Assembly (NCBI GenBank): GCA_003173895.1
Contig: PJMG01000001.1
Coordinates: 15,576 to 79,575, forward strand
Length of the DNA: 64,000 nt
Reading direction: 5' to 3'
From: Candidatus Levyibacteriota bacterium
GTDB taxonomy: Bacteria; Patescibacteriota; Microgenomatia; Levybacterales; UBA12049
Below are positions 38,693 through 47,615 of the stretch, piece after piece; position 1 is the first letter of the stretch; each line of letters opens with the position of its first letter. The notes beneath the pieces are model-generated. The model was not told where the DNA came from, searched no databases, and worked only from the letters and a program-made list of their open reading frames with translations. Made by a program: the position numbers and the translations under genes.

Positions 38693-39880
38693 ATGGAATT
38701 AAAAATACAACCATCATTACAACCATTACATGAATTAGCAGAAAGCTCTTTTTCTTATGGTAGAGCACAGGCTAAAATACAACCTTTAGAGCAAGCTAAT
38801 AGAAATTCTCGTGTAATAGCTAGAAAATTAGGAGAGATCGTAGAGGGATTACAATTATCTATCGACATTCCTGAAACAAGAAGAATAATTAGTCATGATA
38901 ATGGCAATGCCTTTGCTGAAGTAATTTTAAACGGAAAAAAACATTTTATTATGGCTAGAACACCATTAGATGGAAGAAACTTTAGTGAATCTCTACAAGA
39001 ACAGAAGCCTGAAGTAACTATCGTAAGTGGTCCATGTTTATTTAGTGCCGATGCAGTACAAGCTATTTCTCATGAAGGAGAAAACTTTGCCCTTACTAGG
39101 CGCGGAGAAATAATTAATCAAACTATTTCTCATATAAATGTTGATAATAATTTATCCTTGTATGAAGCAGAAGCTATTTCTAGATTAAGTACTTTAATTC
39201 ATGATTTAGTACAAAATAACCAACATATTAAACACGTCGCGCTTAATATTCCAGAAGCAGAATATTATCTTTTTGGTCTGGAAGCATTTGAACAAGGACA
39301 TCTCTCTTCTCATCAATTAAGAGAATGGTTTAATAATGTGGATTATAGACATGATAGGCAAATTAAATTAATTAAAAATAGAATTCAAAGAGGTACAAAT
39401 GTAGAAATTTATGAATCTTCACCTCTTTTACCTGTTAAAAACTATATACGTATTAAAGTATTAAATAATGAATTACCAACCTTTTCTGAAGCTGTTGAAT
39501 TATTATCAGAAAATAATGAATTATGGAGAGATCTCTTTGCTGTAAGTAAAATTAACAATTGGCAAGATATTATTGATTTATCTTATGTATATGCTGAACT
39601 TGAAGCAGGAGAACAACACGGTGGAAAACCTACATTCGCTCTAGTTATAGAAAATCCAACTGAAAATAAAATATTTGCTAATGCTAAAAAGGTAGCTATA
39701 GAACTTCAGAAAATACGCTCAAGAATTTTTAATGTTGTGGCCATTTATCCTCATGAATTAATTCTTCCTGTAGGAGATAATGCTAATAGAACTATGTATC
39801 ATATAACAGAAACTACTGATGATAAATTTTCATTATTTAGACAAATTGTTAATATATATAGGAGAGGAGGATCTGTATGA
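38693..39880 (+). CDS. hypothetical protein resembling fungal arginine-containing cyclodipeptide synthases (AnkA/RCDPS)
   Basis: LNIPEAEYY...WFNNVDYRHDR, VIENPTENKIF (DDxxE-like), AIYP; family motifs recalled from memory. Confidence 0.45.
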   Translation: MELKIQPSLQPLHELAESSFSYGRAQAKIQPLEQANRNSRVIARKLGEIVEGLQLSIDIPETRRIISHDNGNAFAEVILNGKKHFIMARTPLDGRNFSESLQEQKPEVTIVSGPCLFSADAVQAISHEGENFALTRRGEIINQTISHINVDNNLSLYEAEAISRLSTLIHDLVQNNQHIKHVALNIPEAEYYLFGLEAFEQGHLSSHQLREWFNNVDYRHDRQIKLIKNRIQRGTNVEIYESSPLLPVKNYIRIKVLNNELPTFSEAVELLSENNELWRDLFAVSKINNWQDIIDLSYVYAELEAGEQHGGKPTFALVIENPTENKIFANAKKVAIELQKIRSRIFNVVAIYPHELILPVGDNANRTMYHITETTDDKFSLFRQIVNIYRRGGSV

Positions 39881-40938
39881 AAAAGAATTTAAATTATCAA
39901 AATGCAATATCCATGATTCGGGGCTCTTCTATATATTCTACAGGAGGTGGATTTGCTTACAGTGGGCAAAAAAGAATGTTTAATAATCTTTTTAAAAAAG
40001 TAAATTCCATTAAATTAATTTCTATAGATGAATTAAAAGATAATGATTATATTTGTACTGCATATGCCGTAGGCTCTGCTGGAAATACAGACATTGACTT
40101 ATCACCAGCATTAAGACAAGGCCTTCAAGTCTTACAAAATTTTACTGGTATTAAACCCAAAGCTATTTTTGCTGGAGAAACGAATATTGATATTATTGCT
40201 TCTCAATCGGCAGTAGCTTTAAATTTACCTATATTAGACGCAGATAGTAATGGCGGTAGGGCTGTACCAGAAATACAAATGGATAATTTTGTAATTTATG
40301 ATAAACCCATTACTCCTGTGGTAGTTGTAACTTTAGACGGAGATGTTGCTATTTTGCAACAAACTAAAAATCCATATAATATAGAAAATTTTGTGAGATC
40401 TATCGCAGGTAATTCAAAAATTGGTATGGTAGCAGTATTAGATCATTTAATTCAAGTTAAACTAGCAAAGAAAATATTAACACATGGTATTTTTAGTAGA
40501 TCACTTAAATTGGGTCAATTAATTCAAGAGAATTATAATAATCAAGATTTGTTAGAAAAAATAATTAGAGAAATTAACGGGCAGTTATTAATTAAAGGAA
40601 AAGTTTTTAAATCTACTTTAAAAAGTAATTTAAAAGAAGGTTTTCTAAATGGGGATTATTTTATAAAAGATAGAAAAGGAAATGTGGTAAAAGTTTATGC
40701 TAAAAATGAGAATATAATTTGTTGGAAAAATAATAGAGTATTTGCTACAAGCCCTGATAGAATTTTGACTATTGATACTAAAACATTTTTAGGTATTCAT
40801 AACAGTCAATTAAAAGAAGATGAAGAAGTAGCTGTTATAGTAGCTAAAGCAAGTGAAATGTGGAGAAGTAAGAAAGCTCTAGAATTATTTGAACCTAGAC
40901 ATTTTGGTTTTTTATTTAAACCTAAATTATTAAAGTAA
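39877..40938 (+). CDS. DUF917 family protein
   Basis: STGGG, DADSNGGRAVPEIQM, KNEN, TSPDRI; ATGA overlap with the upstream gene. Confidence 0.82.
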   Translation: MKKNLNYQNAISMIRGSSIYSTGGGFAYSGQKRMFNNLFKKVNSIKLISIDELKDNDYICTAYAVGSAGNTDIDLSPALRQGLQVLQNFTGIKPKAIFAGETNIDIIASQSAVALNLPILDADSNGGRAVPEIQMDNFVIYDKPITPVVVVTLDGDVAILQQTKNPYNIENFVRSIAGNSKIGMVAVLDHLIQVKLAKKILTHGIFSRSLKLGQLIQENYNNQDLLEKIIREINGQLLIKGKVFKSTLKSNLKEGFLNGDYFIKDRKGNVVKVYAKNENIICWKNNRVFATSPDRILTIDTKTFLGIHNSQLKEDEEVAVIVAKASEMWRSKKALELFEPRHFGFLFKPKLLK

Positions 40939-40976
40939 TTGTTTTAAAAACTAGTAGCGTTTGCTATCATATTGCT

Positions 40977-42740
40977 ATGAATGAGAACAAAGAAAAATTA
41001 GAACATCTTAGACATTCTGCAGCGCATTTACTTGCAGCGGCCATTATTGAATTATGGCCTGGCTCTAAACAAACTATTGGTCCTGCTATAGAAAATGGAT
41101 TTTATGAGGATATGGATTTAGGTGATGTAAAAATTTCAGAAGCAGACTTACCAAAGATTGAAGAAAAAATGAGAGAAATAGTTAAAGGGTGGAAAAAATT
41201 TGAAAGAATGGAAGTTTCTAAAGAAGAAGCCATTAAAGCGTTCCCTAATAATGAATATAAACATGAATTAATAAATGAATTTGCAGACCAAGGAAAAACA
41301 TTAACTATTTATAAATCTGGTGATTATATAGATCTTTGTCGTGGAGGACATGATATGGATCCATCTGAAGATTTAAAACATTTTAAGCTCTTAAAAATAG
41401 CAGGAGCATATTGGCGAGGAAATGAAAAAAATAAAATGTTAACTCGTATTTATGGAGCTGCATTTTTTACTCAAGAAGAATTAGATAATTATTTAAAAAT
41501 GCTGGAAGAAGCAGAAAAAAGAGATCACAAAAAGATCGGTCGAGAGCTGGATCTATTTATATTTGTAGATAGTGCTGCAGGGATGCCATATTGGTTACCA
41601 AAAGGATTGATAATCTACAACGAACTACTCAACTTCTCACGAGAAGTTCATAAAAAATTTGGGTATCAAGAAGTTATGACTCCTATTATAAATAAAAAAG
41701 AATTATTTGAAACTTCAGGACATTGGTTTCATTATCGAGATGATATGTTTATTTCACCGATGAGTTATCTGAGAAGCGATTCTAAAGATCCCTACGAAGG
41801 AACTGAAGTTTTTGGTATAAAACCTATGAATTGTCCCAATGCTATGAATATTTTTGATTCTAAAACTCGAAGTTATAGAGACTTACCTATGAGGCTTTCT
41901 GAAACTACAGCGCTTCATAGATTTGAATTATCTGGAACTTTAAACGGCTTATTTAGAGCCAGAGAATTTCATCAAGATGACTCTCATACTTTCTTAGCTG
42001 TTTCACAAGTAGAAGAAGAATTTAAAAAAATTATGGAAATGATCGAGATTTTTTATTCTAGTTTCAATCTTTCTTACAAACTCAGATTTGGTACTAGACC
42101 AGAGAATTTTATGGGTGAAGCTTCTGACTGGGATATTGCAGAAAAAAGCCTTGAAGGAGTTTTAAAAGAATCAGGTAAAGAATATTTTAAAGTAGAAGGA
42201 GAAGGAGCATTTTATGGTCCAAAAGTAGATATTTTAATGAAAGATTCGCTAGGGCGTGAATGGCAGACAGGAACGATTCAACTAGATTTTCAGCAACCAA
42301 AGAATTTTAAATTAAAATATACTGATTCAAACGGTAAAGAAACACAACCAGTAGTTTTACATAAAGCCATTTATGGCTCATTAGAACGTTTTTTAGGCAT
42401 ACTAATTGAGAATTATATTGGTAAACTCCCACTTTGGCTTTCGCCAGTTCAAGTAGTAATTTTACCAATTGCTGATAGACATATAGATTTTGCTAAAAAA
42501 CTTACCAATGAACTATCCACTGCTAATATTCGTACGGAAATTGATATAACTAGCGAGCGTTTGCAAGCTAAAATACGAAATTTTACTTTACAAAAAGTGC
42601 CCTTTATGGGTATAATAGGAGATCAGGAAGTCGAAAATTCATCTGTTGCTATAAGATCCCGAGAGGGTGAAGATTTAGGAAAGATGAAATTAAACGACTT
42701 AATTAATTTCTTAAAAGACAAAATTGATAAAAAGATTTAA
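40977..42740 (+). CDS. thrS: threonine--tRNA ligase (lacks N-terminal TGS)
   Basis: RHSAAHL, DLCRG, KPMNCP, GAFYGPK. Confidence 0.97.
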   Translation: MNENKEKLEHLRHSAAHLLAAAIIELWPGSKQTIGPAIENGFYEDMDLGDVKISEADLPKIEEKMREIVKGWKKFERMEVSKEEAIKAFPNNEYKHELINEFADQGKTLTIYKSGDYIDLCRGGHDMDPSEDLKHFKLLKIAGAYWRGNEKNKMLTRIYGAAFFTQEELDNYLKMLEEAEKRDHKKIGRELDLFIFVDSAAGMPYWLPKGLIIYNELLNFSREVHKKFGYQEVMTPIINKKELFETSGHWFHYRDDMFISPMSYLRSDSKDPYEGTEVFGIKPMNCPNAMNIFDSKTRSYRDLPMRLSETTALHRFELSGTLNGLFRAREFHQDDSHTFLAVSQVEEEFKKIMEMIEIFYSSFNLSYKLRFGTRPENFMGEASDWDIAEKSLEGVLKESGKEYFKVEGEGAFYGPKVDILMKDSLGREWQTGTIQLDFQQPKNFKLKYTDSNGKETQPVVLHKAIYGSLERFLGILIENYIGKLPLWLSPVQVVILPIADRHIDFAKKLTNELSTANIRTEIDITSERLQAKIRNFTLQKVPFMGIIGDQEVENSSVAIRSREGEDLGKMKLNDLINFLKDKIDKKI

Positions 42741-43284
42741 TAAACCCAATACTAAGTTTTATAGAATTAACGAGAGGATTTTTGCTAACGAGCTTCGTGT
42801 AATAGATAGCGAAGGAAAGCAAATCGGAATTTTAAGTAAACAGGAAGCATTAAGTAAAGCCAGAGAAGAGGGATTAGATTTAGTAGAAATAGCGGAAAAT
42901 GCGAAGCCACCTGTAGCTAAGATTATTGATTTTAATAAATTTTTATATCAGGAAGCGAAGCGTAAACAGGAGGAGAAGAAAAAAGCTAAAACGACAGATA
43001 CTAAAGAGATTAGACTCGGCCCATTCATGGGTGAAAATGATTTGCAGACCATGATTAGCCGTGCGAGAGGATTTTTAGAGGATGGGAATAAAGTAAGATT
43101 TGTGGTAAAATTTAGAGGAAGACAGATAATTAGGACTAATTTTGGCTTTGAACTTTTACAGAGAATATTTAAAAATTTAGAAGATATTTCTAAAGTAGAT
43201 AGAGAACCAAAATTAGAAGGTAAACAGATTTTTTCGATTATATCGCCAGAAAGGAAAACTAAAAATGCCAAAACAGAAAATTAA
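42724..43284 (+). CDS. infC: translation initiation factor IF-3 (non-ATG start)
   Basis: RINERI, LDLVEI, KPPVAKIID; TTG/ATA start. Confidence 0.95.
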   Translation: MIKRFNKPNTKFYRINERIFANELRVIDSEGKQIGILSKQEALSKAREEGLDLVEIAENAKPPVAKIIDFNKFLYQEAKRKQEEKKKAKTTDTKEIRLGPFMGENDLQTMISRARGFLEDGNKVRFVVKFRGRQIIRTNFGFELLQRIFKNLEDISKVDREPKLEGKQIFSIISPERKTKNAKTEN

Positions 43285-43462
43285 AAGATCCGTACAAAGA
43301 CGTTTTAGAGTGACTAGAACTGGAAAAGTTATTTTCGCTCATCAGTATAATAGTCATTTAAAAAGCGGTAAAAGTAAATCTAGAAAAAGAAGACAAGCAG
43401 TACCAGGAGTTTTAAATGTTGCTTTTGCTAGGAAAATAAAGAGATTATTAGGATATTTATAA
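43265..43462 (+). CDS. rpmI: 50S ribosomal protein L35
   Basis: MPKQK...RFRVTRTGK; operon position. Confidence 0.93.
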   Translation: MPKQKIKRSVQRRFRVTRTGKVIFAHQYNSHLKSGKSKSRKRRQAVPGVLNVAFARKIKRLLGYL

Positions 43463-43466
43463 ATAT

Positions 43467-43811
43467 ATGAGAGTTAAAAGAGGACTAGTTTCTAAAAGAA
43501 AACATAATAAGATTTTTGATTTAACTAAAGGTTATCGAGGATCTAGAAATAGACTTATCAGAACTGCTAAACAATCAGTTATTCAAGCAGGTGCTTATTC
43601 TTTTGCTGGTCGAAAAAACAGAAAAAGAGATTTTAGAGCTCTTTGGATTACCAGAATTTCAGAAGCTGTAAAAGAATATGGAGTTTCATATAGTAAATTT
43701 GTAAAACAATTAAAAACAGCACAAGTAAATTTAAATCGTAAAATGTTAGCAGATTTAGTATTAAATGATAAAGAAAGTTTTAAAAAAGTGGTTGAAGCAG
43801 TAAAAGCCTAA
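43467..43811 (+). CDS. rplT: 50S ribosomal protein L20
   Basis: MRVKRG, KGYRG, RDFRALWITRI. Confidence 0.96.
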   Translation: MRVKRGLVSKRKHNKIFDLTKGYRGSRNRLIRTAKQSVIQAGAYSFAGRKNRKRDFRALWITRISEAVKEYGVSYSKFVKQLKTAQVNLNRKMLADLVLNDKESFKKVVEAVKA

Positions 43812-43836
43812 AAAGCTTTTAAAGTTTCAACTACAT

Positions 43837-43859
43837 AATCCGCTTATAGCGGATTTTTT
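43837..43859 (+). terminator. intrinsic terminator after rplT
   Basis: AATCCGCT-TAT-AGCGGATT-TTTT. Confidence 0.8.
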
Positions 43860-43870
43860 AATAGAAAATT

Positions 43871-43894
43871 AGATTCTGGACAAGCCAGAATGAC
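43871..43894. repeat. short palindromic REP-like element
   Basis: AGATTCTGG-ACAAG-CCAGAATGAC; a related degenerate copy at 56327..56356. Confidence 0.55.
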
Positions 43895-43912
43895 GCAAGA
43901 TATAATCAATTT

Positions 43913-44953
43913 ATGATTGAAGAACTTTTACAAATTAAAAATGATGCAATTTCTTTAATTCTCTCAACTCAAACCACCGAGCAACTAGAAGAAATAAGAA
44001 TTCAATTTTTAGGAAGATCTGGAAAATTAAATATTGCAATGAAGCAATTACCTAAACTGACTCCAGAAGAACGTGCTAGATTTGGTAAAACTGCTAACGA
44101 AATAAAAAATATTTTGGAAGAAGCTATAATAAATCAAAAATCAAAGTTAAAAAATCAAAATAAAAATAAAGAAAAATTATCCATTGATTTTACTACGCCT
44201 AGTATACCTCCTAAAATAGGCCATTTACACCCTATAACTCAGGCTATAACTGATACCGTAGAAGTTTTTAAAATGTTAGGTTATCAAGCTGCAGATGGAC
44301 CAGAAATAGAAACAGATTATTATAATTTTGAAGCATTAAATATTCCTAAAGATCATCCATCCCGCGATACCCAAATGACTTTTTATTTGGATGATAAAGA
44401 AGTACAGACAAATACTCCTGGAGAAATAATTCTAAGAACACAAATGTCGGGCATGCAAGCTCGTGTTATGGAAAAAATGGAGCCACCAGTTCGTGTTATA
44501 GTCCCTGGAAAAGTGTATAGATATGAACAGGTTGACGCATCACATGGGTTTGAATTCTGGCAATTGGAAGGATTTTTAGTAGATAAACATGTAAGATTAA
44601 CTGATCTTTTTGGAACTTTAGATTATGTTTTAAAAGCACTACTAGGTAAAAATATAGAATTAAAATTTGCTACTACTAACTTCCCGTTTGTGGAACCAGG
44701 TGTAGATACATATATTAAATGCACTGTCTGTGGAGGAATAGGATGTAGTTTTTGCAAAAATAGCGGATGGAGTGAAATAATGCCTGCCGGAATGATTCAT
44801 CCAAATGTTTTAAGAAATGTAGGATTTGATCCTAAAGTTTATAATGGATTCGCTTTTTGTATAGGTTTTTCCAGACTTGTAACTCTTAAATATCAAATGA
44901 GTGATTTAAGATTATTAAGTAACCCTGATTTAAGAATTATCAATCAATTTTAA
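43913..44953 (+). CDS. pheS: phenylalanine--tRNA ligase alpha subunit
   Basis: GHLHP, NFEALNIP.DHP.RD, FPFVEP. Confidence 0.97.
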   Translation: MIEELLQIKNDAISLILSTQTTEQLEEIRIQFLGRSGKLNIAMKQLPKLTPEERARFGKTANEIKNILEEAIINQKSKLKNQNKNKEKLSIDFTTPSIPPKIGHLHPITQAITDTVEVFKMLGYQAADGPEIETDYYNFEALNIPKDHPSRDTQMTFYLDDKEVQTNTPGEIILRTQMSGMQARVMEKMEPPVRVIVPGKVYRYEQVDASHGFEFWQLEGFLVDKHVRLTDLFGTLDYVLKALLGKNIELKFATTNFPFVEPGVDTYIKCTVCGGIGCSFCKNSGWSEIMPAGMIHPNVLRNVGFDPKVYNGFAFCIGFSRLVTLKYQMSDLRLLSNPDLRIINQF

Positions 44954-44958
44954 TTTAT

Positions 44959-46836
44959 ATGTTAGTACCTTTATCTTGGCTAAAAGAATATGTTAATGTA
45001 ACGCTGGACCCTAGAACTTTAGGTGATCGATTAACTGAAGTGGGACTTTCATGCGAAAAAATTATAAAAACTTCAGATGATGTCATTCTAGAGTTAGAAA
45101 TTACTCCTAATCGTCCTGATTGGTTATCAATTATGGGTGTAGCACGTGAAGTAGCAGCAATCGAGAATAAAAAAATAAATTATCCAAAGTTAAAAACTAA
45201 TTTAAAACCAAAAGGTGATATTTTACCTCTTAAAATTCATCCAAATTATAAAATAACACCAAGAATTTCAGGAATAATCATCAATAATGTTAAAGTCGGT
45301 CTATCGCCAAAATGGCTGGTTGAGAAATTAGAACAATTAGGACAAAGGTCAATTAATAATATTGTGGATATAACTAATTTTGTGATGTGGGAGTTGGGAA
45401 ATCCTATTCATTCGTTTGATTATCATAGAATTGAAGGTTCTGAGATGTGGGTAAAACAATCAGCGGGTGGCGAAGAATTTGAATCTGTAGATAATATTAA
45501 ATATAAATTACCAAAAGGAGCAATAGTTTATGAAGATAAGAATAAAATATTTGATTTAGTAGGAATTAAAGGCGGCGCGAATAGTGGAACTTATGATGAT
45601 ACAAAAGCAGTATTTATAGTTGTAGAAGTTGATGACCCGGTACTAATTAGAAAGGCATCACAAAAATTAGCTCTTAGATCTGATGCTAGTGCTATATTTG
45701 AAAGAAATGTTAATCGTGGTGGAACAATTGATGCTCTAAGGCGAGTTACTGATTTAATTTTAGAATTAGCAGGAGGCAATATAGCTAGTAATTTAATAGA
45801 TCTTAAAGAAGAAGAATTTAATCCATGGAAATTAGATTTAAGTTTAGAAAGATTAGAATTTGTGTTAGGAATTAAAATATCAGAAAAAGATGTAATAAAT
45901 ATTTTAGATAAATTATCGCTAAATCCTAAAAAATTAAAAGGCAATATTATTCAGTGTTTAATTCCTACTTACCGAAATGATTTAAAAATAGAAGAGGATT
46001 TAATAGAAGAAGTCGCTAGAATTTATGGTTATAATAATTTTCCAAAAACTCTTCCAACTGGACAAATTCCAACTGATGAAATTCCACATTATAAAGATTA
46101 TTTACTTTACGATAAAGCTAAAAATATTTTAACAGGCGCAGGATTTTCTGAAATTTATACTTACTCTCTAGTTAGTAAAAAGGATTTAGAAGAGAATGAT
46201 ATAGAAATAGTAGATTTAATCAAAGTTACTAATCCTGTGAGTTTAGAATTTGAATATCTAAGACCGAGTTTATTAATAAATCTTAAAAAAGCATATAAAT
46301 TAAATATATCTAATTTTAAAGAGGTAAATTTATTTGAGTTAGGTAAAATTTATCATGGTAAAACTTTAGAAACAGCCAAAGAACCATATTATTTAAGTGG
46401 AATTACAAATTCTTTAAATTTCGCACGGGTAAAAGGAGTTATAGAAAGACTAATTAGTGAATTAGGATTAGCTGATGCTAAATATGATATTTCCTTAAGT
46501 GGTAAAACTATAATTTTTGACATGAATTTTAGTGATGCTATAAAAAATAGAAATACTAAAAAAATCTTTAAACCAATTTCTAAATATCCACCCATAACTG
46601 AAGATTTATCTCTAGAATTAAATGAAAATGTAAAAGTCGGTGAAGTAATAGAAGTAATTAAAAAACAGAGTAATTTAGTGTCTGATGTTTCACTTTTAGA
46701 TATTTATGGAAACACTAAAACATTTCATATTATTTATTTAGACGAAAATAAAAATTTAACCAATGAAGAAGTAGGGGAGATTAGAGAAAAAATTATAAAA
46801 GTACTAAAAGATAAATTTAATGCGAGAATTAAATAA
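44959..46836 (+). CDS. pheT: phenylalanine--tRNA ligase beta subunit (B2 OB domain absent)
   Basis: WLKEY directly followed by ITPNRPD; EDLIEEVARIYGY. Confidence 0.95.
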   Translation: MLVPLSWLKEYVNVTLDPRTLGDRLTEVGLSCEKIIKTSDDVILELEITPNRPDWLSIMGVAREVAAIENKKINYPKLKTNLKPKGDILPLKIHPNYKITPRISGIIINNVKVGLSPKWLVEKLEQLGQRSINNIVDITNFVMWELGNPIHSFDYHRIEGSEMWVKQSAGGEEFESVDNIKYKLPKGAIVYEDKNKIFDLVGIKGGANSGTYDDTKAVFIVVEVDDPVLIRKASQKLALRSDASAIFERNVNRGGTIDALRRVTDLILELAGGNIASNLIDLKEEEFNPWKLDLSLERLEFVLGIKISEKDVINILDKLSLNPKKLKGNIIQCLIPTYRNDLKIEEDLIEEVARIYGYNNFPKTLPTGQIPTDEIPHYKDYLLYDKAKNILTGAGFSEIYTYSLVSKKDLEENDIEIVDLIKVTNPVSLEFEYLRPSLLINLKKAYKLNISNFKEVNLFELGKIYHGKTLETAKEPYYLSGITNSLNFARVKGVIERLISELGLADAKYDISLSGKTIIFDMNFSDAIKNRNTKKIFKPISKYPPITEDLSLELNENVKVGEVIEVIKKQSNLVSDVSLLDIYGNTKTFHIIYLDENKNLTNEEVGEIREKIIKVLKDKFNARIK

Positions 46837-46838
46837 TT

Positions 46839-47210
46839 ATGTTTAAAAATATTTCTACTGTTTTAATTTGGTCAGAAAATTTCAGAGCACTTTCTGACTG
46901 GTATAAAGAAAAGTTAAATTTAGAAGTGGCTAATGAACTAAATCATCCACAGGATACTGGAGTTTTATTTAAAGTCGGCAATGTTAACTTATGGATCGGA
47001 CAGCACGATAAGGTTCATGGTAAAAATTTAGATCCACATCGTCATATGTTTAATATAAATGTGGACTCAGTAACTGAAGGTTACGAACTTTTAAAAAGTC
47101 GCGGTGTAGAATTTTTAGCCACTCCTTTTAAAGCACCTACTATGGATCGCTATTTCGCCACTTTTTATGATTTAGATGGAAATTTAGTGCAGTTAATAGG
47201 AGATAAATAA
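46839..47210 (+). CDS. VOC/glyoxalase family protein
   Basis: WYKEKL, FNINVDSV, FYDLDGN. Confidence 0.85.
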   Translation: MFKNISTVLIWSENFRALSDWYKEKLNLEVANELNHPQDTGVLFKVGNVNLWIGQHDKVHGKNLDPHRHMFNINVDSVTEGYELLKSRGVEFLATPFKAPTMDRYFATFYDLDGNLVQLIGDK

Positions 47211-47211
47211 C

Positions 47212-47478
47212 ATGGCAACCCTGGATGATTTAGAAAAAAGAGTAGAGAAGATAGAAAACAGAAATAAAAGAGTGGAAACAGATAAAGCTTGGGAAGGAAG
47301 TTGGACTCGTAAAATTCTTCTTATTATTTTTACATATTTATCCATTTCTCTTTATTTGAAATTTATAGTTGGCATTGATCCATGGATTAATGCTGTAATC
47401 CCAGCCATTGGCTTTCTATTATCAACCCTCACTCTCCCATGGTTTAAAAAATTGTGGAGTAACTATTGGCACAAATAA
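47212..47478 (+). CDS. small conserved membrane protein
   Basis: RNKRVETDKAWE.SWTR plus two TM helices. Confidence 0.7.
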   Translation: MATLDDLEKRVEKIENRNKRVETDKAWEGSWTRKILLIIFTYLSISLYLKFIVGIDPWINAVIPAIGFLLSTLTLPWFKKLWSNYWHK

Positions 47479-47615
47479 ATTCAAATCCTGAAATTCCAAT
47501 ATCCCAATATAGGATCAAAGCTACGCCGTTTTATAATCCTTAATTTACCTATTTTTCTAAATATGAATTGACAAATTACAAACATCATGATATAAGACAA
47601 GTTAAATTATATTAT

